DNA of 64,000 bases from Clostridiales bacterium (GCA_015069415.1 SVIQ01000003.1:19300-83299); one strand, 5' to 3'; shown: positions 35,286 through 44,660, counted from the first letter of the stretch. Numbers and translations: made by a program. Notes: generated from the sequence alone by a model not told the origin.

Positions 35286-35854
35286 TTTATAAATACCACT
35301 TTTGATTCATCATGAAATTCTGAATAAAATATTAAGCCGTCATTTGAATAATATAATCTCAAACCATCTCTCAATCCGTTGTCATAATCGACATCGCACT
35401 CATACCAAAGCCTGCCTTCTTTTTCTGGTAATATTCCTCTATTATTATAAAACCTATCACCACCAATCATTTTGTTGGGCGCATACTTCGACAAATCTTT
35501 CCCTCTAGACCACCCATATTTTTGCATAGCTTCGTCTTTTGTTATATAATAATCCGGAAGTTTCCCATAAGCTTTTAAGTAAACATCTGGCGCCTGAAAA
35601 CCTTTGTTCGAAATATTACCCACTGATTTTGTTTCAATTTCCACATATTTACAATCGCATCTCAAATGCGCAGGTAGAGAAACTTCTTCTCCATTTTTGT
35701 AAATTTTTTTATCTCTTATAGGACAAAACATACAAGGACTAGTGCAACTTCCCATGTGAATATATTGTAAAAAATCTGCATCCGATTTAAAATAATTAAA
35801 AATTTGTTTTACTTTATCTTTGATATTATCTAAAACACCCATATTATAACACAT
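35282..35854 (-). CDS. barnase-family ribonuclease toxin with an N-terminal MuF/gp7-type Cys-knuckle stub; no signal peptide
   Basis: The C-terminal 110 aa align by eye with B. amyloliquefaciens barnase: YLKAYGKLPDYYITKDEA with YLQTYHKLPDNYITKSEA, IGGDRFYNNRGILPEKEGRLWYECDVDY with IGGDIFSNREGKLPGKSGRTWREADINY, and LYYSNDGLIFYSEFHDESKVVFIK with ILYSSDWLIYKTTDHYQTFTKIR. The N-terminus CTSPCMFCP...LPAHLRCDC resembles the C-terminal end of the Phage_Mu_F domain. Confidence 0.8.
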   Translation of the reverse strand: MCYNMGVLDNIKDKVKQIFNYFKSDADFLQYIHMGSCTSPCMFCPIRDKKIYKNGEEVSLPAHLRCDCKYVEIETKSVGNISNKGFQAPDVYLKAYGKLPDYYITKDEAMQKYGWSRGKDLSKYAPNKMIGGDRFYNNRGILPEKEGRLWYECDVDYDNGLRDGLRLYYSNDGLIFYSEFHDESKVVFIK

Positions 35855-35973
35855 CTCCTTAAATTTTTAAAGATAATACCATAGAAATTTTTATTTTCAT
35901 CCTAAACATGTCATATTAAAAGATAAAACTTACCAACTAAAAATTGATAGTATTAAAAACATAAAATATTTTA

Positions 35974-36002
35974 TTGACTTTTTTCGACAATTTAATTATG
36001 AT
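35974..36002 (+). promoter_or_regulatory. promoter TTGACT-17-TATGAT with a 0A box in the spacer
   Basis: TTGACT tttTTCGACAatttaat TATGAT. Heptamer at 35983..35989. Confidence 0.55.
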
Positions 36003-36026
36003 GATTATATACATAAAAGGATAAAA

Positions 36027-36593
36027 ATGCTTACTTTAATCATATTTAGCATTGGAGCAATCTTGTCATTATCTCTTGGAATTGCTTTCAATATTGACAC
36101 AATGAAAATTTGGCAAATTAGTGTAATTTTTATATGTGCTCTTGCAATAATACTTATTATAAATGCCTTAGTTGCAACAATATGTTGCAAATGGTTACCA
36201 AATAAAATATTTGACAACGACAAATTTTTCACTCCTAGCAAAAAAGAATGTAGATTTTATGAAAAATTAAAAATTAAAGTTTGGAAAGACAGAATTTTAG
36301 ACTTAGGAAAACTCAATAAATTTAAAAAAAATAAAATGGAAATTCCAAAAGATCCAGAATATATTAAAAAATTTATTTTAGAATGCAAAAAAGGATTTTT
36401 GGATCATTTCCTAAGTATATTTGCGTCAATCTTAATTTTATTTGCAGTTCCAAAAACATTTATTGTACCAATGGCATTACCAATGTTTATCACAAGCCTT
36501 GCGTTAAATATTATGCCTATTCTAATTTTACGTTACAACATTCCAAGATTAAATTCAATTTTAAAATTTCTTGAAAGAAAAAGAGACAAATAA
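36027..36593 (+). CDS. CrtO-family (glycosyl-4,4'-diaponeurosporenoate acyltransferase-like) membrane protein
   Basis: By eye against S. aureus CrtO: IKVWKDRILDLG with VRKWKHKILDG, and ILILRYNIPRLNSILKFLERKRDK with [23 protein letters not shown]. Confidence 0.6.
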   Translation: MLTLIIFSIGAILSLSLGIAFNIDTMKIWQISVIFICALAIILIINALVATICCKWLPNKIFDNDKFFTPSKKECRFYEKLKIKVWKDRILDLGKLNKFKKNKMEIPKDPEYIKKFILECKKGFLDHFLSIFASILILFAVPKTFIVPMALPMFITSLALNIMPILILRYNIPRLNSILKFLERKRDK

Positions 36594-36657
36594 ACTAATT
36601 TACTTCACTTATGCTTGAAAATTCATTTTGTTATTAATTCAATAAAAAAATGGAAGA

Positions 36658-37107
36658 TTAACCTTCCATTTTTATTTTTTTAGTAATTTCTTTTTTCTTT
36701 AAAGTTTCGCGCTTATCGTAAAGTTTTTTACCTCTTGCTATTGCAATTTCGACTTTCAAATTGCTTCCAACGAAGTAAGCTTTCGTGGGAACAAGAGTCA
36801 ATCTATCTTGTTCAATTTTCTTTTTCATTTTTTCAATTTCTAATTTATGCAGAAGAAGTTTTCTATCTCTTCTAGAGTTATCTCCGTATCTTCCAGCATC
36901 AAATGAATTTGAATATTCTTTAATGTAGCTGTTTCTTAAAAAACATTCTCCATCTTTGATAAAACCATAACAATCAACAAGTGATAAATATCCCATTCTA
37001 ACAGACTTAATTTCATCGCCCGTTAAAACAATCCCAGCTTCATAAGTTTCAAGAATTTCATAATCAAATCTTGCGCGTTTGTTTTCTGCCATTATTTTTT
37101 TATCCAT
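36658..37107 (-). CDS. smpB: SsrA-binding protein SmpB
   Basis: AENKRARFDYEILETYEAGIVLTGDEIKSVR...LLLHK.EI. Confidence 0.93.
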   Translation of the reverse strand: MDKKIMAENKRARFDYEILETYEAGIVLTGDEIKSVRMGYLSLVDCYGFIKDGECFLRNSYIKEYSNSFDAGRYGDNSRRDRKLLLHKLEIEKMKKKIEQDRLTLVPTKAYFVGSNLKVEIAIARGKKLYDKRETLKKKEITKKIKMEG

Positions 37108-37120
37108 ATGATTTCCTTAT

Positions 37121-39319
37121 TTATCTCTTTTTTCTTTTACCTTTCGAACTTGTTTTTGACTTTAGTTTTTTAGTTGTGGTTTTTTTAGATTTTTTCTCTT
37201 TTCTTGCAAGAGTTCCTCCAGACAAAATATCATTTCCAGCCAAAGCAAAATCTATTTGTCTAAGCCTTGTGTCTGTTTTCGCAACCACAATTCGCAATTT
37301 ATCACCAATTGTAAAATGATGATTAGCCCCATACAAAGTCAATGTCATATCATCGTAAGTATATTCATCCATTGGTAAATCTTCAAGACGAACAAGTCCT
37401 TCAACTCCATTTTCAAGTTCTACAAACACACCAAACTCTTGTACTCCTGAAATTAAACCATCAAACTCTTCACCTAAGAATTTTGACATATACACAGCTT
37501 TCTTGTAGTCGTCAACTTCACGCTCTGCTTCATCTGCATTCTTTTCGGTTTCACTTGTTTTTTCACTCGCGAATTCAACAAATCCTTCATACTTCAATTT
37601 AATATCTTGCTTAGGAACGCCGTGAATGTAATCTTTAATAATTCTATGAATTGTCAGATCCGGATAACGTCTAATAGGACTAGTAAAATGACAATAAAAT
37701 TCACTTGCTAAACCAAAGTGACCTAAACATGTCGGAGCGTATCGCGCTTTCATCATACTTCTTAAAACAAGTACACTAAGCGTACTTTCTTTAGGATCTC
37801 CTTTGATTTTTTCCATAATTGCTTGATATGTTTTAGGATCTTCACCGTTTAATTTCAAATCGTTTGAAATACCCATACATTCAAGCAAAATTCGCAATTT
37901 TTCAATTTTTTCTTCGCTCGGTTTTTCATGTACACGATAAAGGAACGGAAGTTTTAAATCATAAAACATTTTCGCAATACATTCGTTAGTTAAAACCATT
38001 AAACTTTCAATGATTTCGTGTGATTCATCTTGAACTCTCTTTTCTATGGAAACAATTTCTCCATTTTCATTTTCTAAAATGAATGGTTCAGGAATGTTCA
38101 TCCTAATTTCACCGCGTGTATGTTTGTCTTGTTTTAACTTGTTTGAAATTGCTTGATAAGTAAGAATGTCAACGTATACATCTTTATATTTTTCTATCAA
38201 GAATTCGTCACCATTCAATATTTTTTGAACAGCAGTGTACGTCATACGATGAGAGCTTTTAATAACACCCTCTTTCACTTCATATTTTTTAACATTGAAA
38301 TTTTTATCCATTGTAATTTCAACGGTCAATGTAAGTCTGTTTACGCCCTCACTAAGTGAACATATTCCATTAGAAATTTCCTTTGGAAGCATTGGAATAA
38401 CCATGTTTGAAAAGTAAACACTCGTTCCTCGCTTAAATGCTTCGTTGTCAATCGCTCCTTTATAAGGAACGTAATTACTAACGTCTGCAATATGCACATT
38501 GAGTTTTATGTTTCCATTATTTAATCTTTCAATAGACAAAGCGTCATCGAAATCTCTAGCATCTTCGCCGTCAATTGTTATAACTTTTTGCTCTGTGTAA
38601 TCTACTCTAGATGGGAAATTTTTTAGTTCAACTTCTTGACTTATTGCCCTAGCTTCAGACAAAACCTTATCACTAAATTTTTCTTGCAAACCAAATGAAC
38701 GAATTATTGCTAATTGCTCAGCTTTAGGAGTGTTTGTTTGACCCAAAACTTCTAAAACTTTTCCTCTAACAACAGTTTCGTTTAGCGTCGACATATAAAG
38801 TTCAACCCAAACTTTATCATTATTTTTTGCACAATTTTTATCTTCCTTGTAAATTCTAACTTGAGGCAATCTTTCATCGTCTGGAAAGACAATATCTTTG
38901 TTAGTTCCTTCAATAAATGTTCCAACAACGTGAGTAGTATTATTCTTTAATATTTTAACAACTCTTCCGTCAAAATTGTTGTCTCCTTTGCGATTAGTTA
39001 TTTCAACCAAACAATCATCACCATTCAACGCATTATTTAACGCATATGAAGGAATAAAGATATCATTCATGTCTTCAACTTCTGCAAAACCAAAACCTTT
39101 TTTGTTTAAGATTATGCGAGCCTTAACGTAGCCTCTATCTTTAGAAATAGATATTTTGCCCTTTTCATCCAAAAACAAGTCTCCGTTTTCAATCAAAGAC
39201 TTAACCTTTTCTCTTAAAGTTTCATAATCTCCCAAATTTAATTTTTCAAGAGAAGAACACAATTTATTAATATCTAAATATATTAACTTGTAATCTCTAA
39301 TAATTTTAATAATATCCAT
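37121..39319 (-). CDS. rnr: ribonuclease R
   Basis: Cold-shock-like N-terminal domains, RNB catalytic domain (DGEDARDFDDALS, HFTSPIRRYPDL), S1 domain and a Lys-rich tail. Confidence 0.92.
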   Translation of the reverse strand: MDIIKIIRDYKLIYLDINKLCSSLEKLNLGDYETLREKVKSLIENGDLFLDEKGKISISKDRGYVKARIILNKKGFGFAEVEDMNDIFIPSYALNNALNGDDCLVEITNRKGDNNFDGRVVKILKNNTTHVVGTFIEGTNKDIVFPDDERLPQVRIYKEDKNCAKNNDKVWVELYMSTLNETVVRGKVLEVLGQTNTPKAEQLAIIRSFGLQEKFSDKVLSEARAISQEVELKNFPSRVDYTEQKVITIDGEDARDFDDALSIERLNNGNIKLNVHIADVSNYVPYKGAIDNEAFKRGTSVYFSNMVIPMLPKEISNGICSLSEGVNRLTLTVEITMDKNFNVKKYEVKEGVIKSSHRMTYTAVQKILNGDEFLIEKYKDVYVDILTYQAISNKLKQDKHTRGEIRMNIPEPFILENENGEIVSIEKRVQDESHEIIESLMVLTNECIAKMFYDLKLPFLYRVHEKPSEEKIEKLRILLECMGISNDLKLNGEDPKTYQAIMEKIKGDPKESTLSVLVLRSMMKARYAPTCLGHFGLASEFYCHFTSPIRRYPDLTIHRIIKDYIHGVPKQDIKLKYEGFVEFASEKTSETEKNADEAEREVDDYKKAVYMSKFLGEEFDGLISGVQEFGVFVELENGVEGLVRLEDLPMDEYTYDDMTLTLYGANHHFTIGDKLRIVVAKTDTRLRQIDFALAGNDILSGGTLARKEKKSKKTTTKKLKSKTSSKGKRKKR

Positions 39320-39424
39320 ATAATATTATATTACCACCAAACCTAAAATTATCAAAATGAATTTAAAGTAAAATTGCTAAAATAGTTTTTAAGAAAACAA
39401 AAAACCTCCCAGTTGGGAGATTTT

Positions 39425-39727
39425 TTAAAATGATCCGTAAATTTTTAGTAACATAAAGTAAACAATCGCAAAGAAAGCAACCAAACCTAAACAAATGTAA
39501 ACAAGTCTTGTAATTCTTCCTTCTCTTGATCCAGATTTATTTTGAGAATAGTAACTATCCTTGTTACCAGTAATTACATTATTTGTTTCAGATCCACCAG
39601 TAATTTGCATGAACACTAAAACAATAAGAACCAAGCTCAAAAGAGCCAAGATTACCAAACAAATTCTTTCAAATACAGGGAAACTTACTTCCGCCCATCT
39701 AGGAACTGTTCCTAAAATAAAATTCAT
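39425..39727 (-). CDS. secG: probable preprotein translocase subunit SecG
   Basis: Two TM helices flanking a Gly/Ser/Asn-rich loop. Conserved Firmicutes position upstream of rnr-smpB. Confidence 0.5.
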   Translation of the reverse strand: MNFILGTVPRWAEVSFPVFERICLVILALLSLVLIVLVFMQITGGSETNNVITGNKDSYYSQNKSGSREGRITRLVYICLGLVAFFAIVYFMLLKIYGSF

Positions 39728-39786
39728 AATTCCTCCAAAACTATTTAATTATAGCACAATTTAACTAATTTTACAAGTCTTTTCGT

Positions 39787-40017
39787 TTAATTTCTAACAT
39801 ATGTTATGAATACCACAAAAGCAAACAACAAAATAGTAATAATTAGCAAACTGATTTTTTCAAATTGTTTTTGTTCTCCGTTGTAAATTTTGTAAAATCT
39901 TAAAATACTAATAAAAATTATTGCAAACAAAATTACGTAAATAAAAGCAAACAACCACGGATTCATTGTTGCAATCCAGTTTTCAAATTGATAATAAATT
40001 GATTTTAACGCTTTCAT
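39787..40017 (-). CDS. hypothetical small two-TM membrane protein
   Basis: 76-aa ORF immediately downstream of gpmI on the same strand. Confidence 0.45.
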   Translation of the reverse strand: MKALKSIYYQFENWIATMNPWLFAFIYVILFAIIFISILRFYKIYNGEQKQFEKISLLIITILLFAFVVFITYVRN

Positions 40018-40026
40018 GGTTTTATA

Positions 40027-41523
40027 TTACTCCTTATCTTTTGTTTTGTCAACAGAATTTATGATTAAACTATGTCCTGTAAACGATTTATTTGCTTTTA
40101 CACGCATCAAATCAAGGAATGTAGGTGCAATATCACTCAGTTCGCCTTTCTCCTTTAAAACAACGTTGTTTTGTGACACAACCGAACAAAATACATCATT
40201 TAAGGTATGAGCCATATGCGGTTGGTTATTTTCTGTTCTCATTTGTTCGCTATTACCATGGTCTGCTGTAAGCATTACAAAATAATCATTTTTCTTTGCA
40301 CATTTTAAAATCTTTTTAACACACTTATCTAAATATTCAATTGCAATCTTTGTTTTTTCGTAATTACCCGTGTGACCAATCATATCCGGATTAGAAAAGT
40401 TAACGATAATTGCACCATAGTTTTTCTTAATATGTTTAATTGTTTCACTTGTAATTTCCTTCGCTCTCATTTTTGGAGTCAAAGCAAAATCCTCAGTGCT
40501 TTTAGTTTTAATATGCACTCTTTCTTCCATTTCAAAAGGAGCCTCTTGTCCACCGTTAAAGAAATAAGTTACATGCGCATACTTTGTAGACTCGCTTATT
40601 TTAACATGCTTAATACCCAACTTTGAAAGGTGTTCGCTAAGTGTGTTTTTCACATTTTTGTTAGGATACAAAACTACACCTTTACTACCTCCAACATTAG
40701 ACATTGCTGCAACACACATAGATTTAGACTGAACAAAATCAACCATTTGTCTCAGCCTATCTTCTCTAAAATTAAAGAAGAAAACTAAATCATTTTTATT
40801 AAACGAACTATCGCCTTTTGTCTCAACTCTGGCAGGCTGTATGAACTGATCTGTAAAACCCAATTCGTGTTGTTTTTTTATGTAATTTTCAACATTTTTA
40901 ATTTTCTTTTCGTTAGAAAACATTGCATTAAAAGCGGTTTCAATTTTGTCCATATTTTTATCTCTGTCCATAGCAAAATCTCTTCCACCAACACTAGCAA
41001 TTTCACAATTTTCTATGCTTTTAATCTCTTTCTTTAAAAATTTTAAATACTTTAAAGAATCATAAATCCCACAATCTCTACCATCGGTAATAAAATGAAT
41101 AAAAACATTTTTAGCATATTTTGATGCAATTTTAACAAGTTCTACACAATGATTAATATCACTATGTATTCTTTTGTCGCTCATCAAACCAACTAAATGC
41201 AAATTTGACCCACATTTTTCTAATTTTTTTAATATTTTTATTAAATTTTTATTTTTTTCGAAATTTTTAGATTTTATTTCATCACTAATTAATTTTGCGG
41301 TTGTAGGAACGACTCTTCCTGCTCCTAGCGTCATATGACCAACTTCACTTCCTCCCATATCCAAAGGGAACAAGCCTACAGACTCTCCGCTTGTCTTAAT
41401 TAAAGAAAAACCATTTTCTTTTACTTTATCTAATGTAGGAGTGTTGGCATTTTTTACAGCATTAAATGGAGAACTCTCACCTTCGCCGTAGCCATCTAGA
41501 ATAATCATAATTCCTTTATTCAT
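40027..41523 (-). CDS. gpmI: 2,3-bisphosphoglycerate-independent phosphoglycerate mutase
   Basis: IILDGYG...GGSEVGHMTLGAGR...TADHGNSE. Confidence 0.92.
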   Translation of the reverse strand: MNKGIMIILDGYGEGESSPFNAVKNANTPTLDKVKENGFSLIKTSGESVGLFPLDMGGSEVGHMTLGAGRVVPTTAKLISDEIKSKNFEKNKNLIKILKKLEKCGSNLHLVGLMSDKRIHSDINHCVELVKIASKYAKNVFIHFITDGRDCGIYDSLKYLKFLKKEIKSIENCEIASVGGRDFAMDRDKNMDKIETAFNAMFSNEKKIKNVENYIKKQHELGFTDQFIQPARVETKGDSSFNKNDLVFFFNFREDRLRQMVDFVQSKSMCVAAMSNVGGSKGVVLYPNKNVKNTLSEHLSKLGIKHVKISESTKYAHVTYFFNGGQEAPFEMEERVHIKTKSTEDFALTPKMRAKEITSETIKHIKKNYGAIIVNFSNPDMIGHTGNYEKTKIAIEYLDKCVKKILKCAKKNDYFVMLTADHGNSEQMRTENNQPHMAHTLNDVFCSVVSQNNVVLKEKGELSDIAPTFLDLMRVKANKSFTGHSLIINSVDKTKDKE

Positions 41524-42226
41524 AGTTGTCGACTCCTTTTAAAATTTCAATAAATTCATCCAGATTAAGAGAAGCACCTCCAACAAGTAAGCCATCACAA
41601 CCACTGTTTAGGCAATGCTTGTAAGTATCTTTATTCACGCTTCCACCATACAAAACAGGAACATCTTTAAATCCTAATTTTTCAAGCGTTAATTTAATGT
41701 TATCTACAACAGTTTTTATCTCTTCTGAAGTTGGAGTAACTTTTGTTCCAATTGCCCAAATCGGTTCATATGCAAAAATAATTTTGCTTGAATTATCGAT
41801 ATATTGAATAGCCTTTTCAACTTGTGATTTTATTAATTCTAACCCCGAATTCTTGTCTTCTCCAACGCAAATAATAGGAATCATATCATGCCCACAAGCT
41901 ATCTTTACTTTTTTAGCAATTAATTCATCTGTTTCACCAGAACTTCGGACTTCGCTATGTCCAATGATTACATATCTAACACCAAACTCTTTGAGCATTT
42001 GATGAGAAATTTCGCCAGTATGCGCGCCAAAATCAAAAGCACTGATATTTTGAATTCCTAATTCCCCGCTTTTTATATGTTTCTTAAATTTTGATAAATA
42101 AACAAAAGGCGGACACAATACAAATCTTGCGTCCTTTAGTGCCAATTTATTTAGTTTTTTAGTAACAAGAGAATAAAACTTTTCGTCTCCGTTCATTTTA
42201 TAATTTGCAACAATTAATTTGCGCAT
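41516..42226 (-). CDS. tpiA: triosephosphate isomerase
   Basis: MRKLIVANYKMNG...IIGHSEVR...YEPIWAIGT...YGGSV. Start moved to the ATG preceded by AGGGGT. Confidence 0.93.
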   Translation of the reverse strand: MRKLIVANYKMNGDEKFYSLVTKKLNKLALKDARFVLCPPFVYLSKFKKHIKSGELGIQNISAFDFGAHTGEISHQMLKEFGVRYVIIGHSEVRSSGETDELIAKKVKIACGHDMIPIICVGEDKNSGLELIKSQVEKAIQYIDNSSKIIFAYEPIWAIGTKVTPTSEEIKTVVDNIKLTLEKLGFKDVPVLYGGSVNKDTYKHCLNSGCDGLLVGGASLNLDEFIEILKGVDNYE

Positions 42227-42233
42227 AAAACCC

Positions 42234-43415
42234 CTAATTATCTTGTAAAGCCTCAATACATGGAAGTTCTTTACCTTGAAGAAGCATTAATGAAGCTCCT
42301 CCACCTGTTGAAATATGAGTAACCTTTTTGCTAATTCCAAGAGATTGAACTGCTGCAACGCTATCTCCTCCGCCAATGATTGAAACAGCTTTGCTTTTAC
42401 CTATGTATTTAGCGATTTTATTAGTACCGCGTTTGAATTTTTCGTACTCATAAACGCCAACTGGTCCATTCCAAATGATAGTTTTAGCTTTCTTAATTAC
42501 CTTTTTGAAAGCTTTAATTGTTTTAGGACCGATATCCATTCCTTGGAAATCATCTGCAAAGAAACCACTGTTGAAAAGTTTAGTTTCACTATCTTCACTG
42601 AAAGCCTTAGCTCCGACATTATCAATAGGAAGTAAAATTTTAACACCTTTTTCCTTAGCTTTGTCAAGAAGTTCATTAGCTAAATCAAGTTTTGAATTAT
42701 CTAATATACTATTTCCAACGTTTCCACCAATAGCTTTAATGAATGTGTAAGCCATTCCTCCACCGATAAGAATAGTGTCAACTTTGTCAATTAAGTTTTC
42801 AATAACTGGTAATTTATCTGCAATTTTAGCTCCACCCAAGATTGCAACCACTGGATGTTCTGGACTGTTAAGTACTCTATCAAACATCTTCAACTCGTTT
42901 TCTACAAGGAAACCAGCTACAGACGGCAAAAGTTTTGCGATTCCATATGTAGAAGCGTGCTTTCTATGAGAAGTTCCAAATGCTTCAAGAACAAAGATAT
43001 CTGCAAGTTTGCTTAAAGAGGTTGCAAATTTCTCATCGTTCGCCTCTTCCTCGCTGTAAAATCTAATATTTTCAAGCATTAAGATTTCACCGTTGTTCAT
43101 ATTTTCAGTCATTTCAACTGTAGAATCAGCTAAAACATCTTCAGCAAAAGAAATTGGTTTATCTAAAAGTTTTGAAAGTCTTGCCATAATAGGACGGAGT
43201 GATAACTTGTTATCAACTTGACCATTAGGGCGACCCAAATGAGAGCATAAAATAACTTTTGCTCCATGCTCAATTAAATAATTAATAGTAGGAAGTGTAG
43301 ACACAATTCTAGTGTCGTCTACAATTTTTAGGTCCTCGCTCATAGGGACATTGTAGTCAACTCTTACAAACACGCGTTTTCCGTTGACTTCGATATCTCT
43401 TATACTCTTTTTCAT
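42234..43415 (-). CDS. pgk: phosphoglycerate kinase
   Basis: VFVRVDYNVP...CSHLGRP...WNGPVGVYE...STGGGASL. Confidence 0.95.
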   Translation of the reverse strand: MKKSIRDIEVNGKRVFVRVDYNVPMSEDLKIVDDTRIVSTLPTINYLIEHGAKVILCSHLGRPNGQVDNKLSLRPIMARLSKLLDKPISFAEDVLADSTVEMTENMNNGEILMLENIRFYSEEEANDEKFATSLSKLADIFVLEAFGTSHRKHASTYGIAKLLPSVAGFLVENELKMFDRVLNSPEHPVVAILGGAKIADKLPVIENLIDKVDTILIGGGMAYTFIKAIGGNVGNSILDNSKLDLANELLDKAKEKGVKILLPIDNVGAKAFSEDSETKLFNSGFFADDFQGMDIGPKTIKAFKKVIKKAKTIIWNGPVGVYEYEKFKRGTNKIAKYIGKSKAVSIIGGGDSVAAVQSLGISKKVTHISTGGGASLMLLQGKELPCIEALQDN

Positions 43416-43507
43416 ATTGTCTCCAAATGCAAAAATTTGCCTAGGGCATCTTGGTTATCAAACTGAACAACCTAGTATCATTTCCTACATTATAACACAT
43501 GAAAATT

Positions 43508-44011
43508 TTATTTCAAAATAATTTTCGAACATTTATTAAATTTTCTTTGACTTTTTTTATTTTTTATTACTGTAACACCCTTGTTATCACAAAATATATA
43601 AGTCTTATTTTTGGAGCAACTATCAACATTTACAGTTAATCTTTTGTTTGTTAAAACAATTTTATTAGCATGCTTATAATTTGTTTTTTCTTTACCGATA
43701 ATGAAATCTTTTTTCTTGTAAGAAAAAGCAACTCCTGTATATATATTTTCAATGAAAAACATGTCTTTTTGGGCAACTAAAAAAACTTCTTTCCCTTTCC
43801 TGTAAGAAAGAGCAACAACTACTGAATTAAGCAAGTTTGACAATTGAATCAACTCTTTAATCACTAAGCCAAAACCTAACAATTCTTTGCTTTCGTCATA
43901 TTCATAAATTATTCCAGCATTAAAAATTAATAAGTCACATTTCAAATGACTTTTGATGATTTTTAGATAATTTGATTTGTAACTACCGCCTGAGACGCAA
44001 ACTACTTTCAT
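43508..44011 (-). CDS. hypothetical protein downstream of the ArsR-family gene
   Basis: 167-aa ORF on the same strand, 30 nt after the arsR-like stop. No family recognised. Confidence 0.45.
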   Translation of the reverse strand: MKVVCVSGGSYKSNYLKIIKSHLKCDLLIFNAGIIYEYDESKELLGFGLVIKELIQLSNLLNSVVVALSYRKGKEVFLVAQKDMFFIENIYTGVAFSYKKKDFIIGKEKTNYKHANKIVLTNKRLTVNVDSCSKNKTYIFCDNKGVTVIKNKKSQRKFNKCSKIILK

Positions 44012-44041
44012 AATACATATTATGAAATTAATTAAACTTTG

Positions 44042-44356
44042 CTAAATACATTCAACACTTGCGTTCAAAACATGCTCAATATTGTCGTTTTTTATGTAAT
44101 ATACTACATTTTTACCATTGCGTTCACACTCTACAATATTTAAAGATTTTAGAAGTTTTAATTGGTGACTTACGGTAGTTTGATTAATGTTTAGAATGTC
44201 AGCTATTTCTCCGACGCACAACTCTTTTAACATTAAAAGAATAATTATTTTCAGTCTAGTGTCATCACTAAAAGCGTAGAAAAATGAGGTCATATTCTTG
44301 ATATTTGACTTGTTTGGTATATATTTCTTTAGTTCAAATTCGTCCATTATTTCCAT
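44042..44356 (-). CDS. ArsR/SmtB-family transcriptional regulator
   Basis: FYAFSDDTRLKIIILLMLKELCVGEIADILNINQTTVSHQLKLLKSLNIV (winged HTH with ELCV in helix alpha-3). Confidence 0.8.
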   Translation of the reverse strand: MEIMDEFELKKYIPNKSNIKNMTSFFYAFSDDTRLKIIILLMLKELCVGEIADILNINQTTVSHQLKLLKSLNIVECERNGKNVVYYIKNDNIEHVLNASVECI

Positions 44357-44463
44357 ACAAAAATTGTACTAAATTTTTAAATTCAAAAAAAATAATCACA
44401 AGATAAAATTTTAGCGAATAAATAGTAAAAACAACAAAAAATAAACAAGGAGCAAGAAAAAAT

Positions 44464-44655
44464 ATGAACTCAACTGCATTATACATATTGTTTGCAATCT
44501 TAATCTCTGTAATCGCACAAGCAACCAACACAGATCTCGCAAACAACACTTCTTTCTTATTGTTACTTTTGCTAGCATTGGGCGCTTACGGTCAAAACAA
44601 CAATAACAATAATAACTGTTGTTGTAACAATTTTAACCAACGAAGTTTCTTTTAA
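44464..44655 (+). CDS. candidate 63-aa two-TM peptide ending ...GQNNNNNNNCCCNNFNQRSFF
   Basis: Divergent from arsR. AAGGAG lies 11 nt upstream of the ATG. Two hydrophobic segments. Followed by a bidirectional terminator. Confidence 0.4.
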   Translation: MNSTALYILFAILISVIAQATNTDLANNTSFLLLLLLALGAYGQNNNNNNNCCCNNFNQRSFF

Positions 44656-44660
44656 TCGAC

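Noticed and set aside
43416-43507. Structured pgk 5' leader (CTAGG...CCTAG, GGTT...AACC) as a possible CggR-type operator or riboswitch.
   Set aside because: Only short stems are visible. No cggR or gap gene is adjacent and no known motif was recognised, so the evidence is too weak to report as a finding.
44334-44549. 71-aa minus-strand ORF overlapping the arsR start region and the small plus-strand ORF.
   Set aside because: It has no SD and runs through the divergent promoter region. The plus-strand ORF with an SD and a terminator is the better, though still uncertain, candidate.
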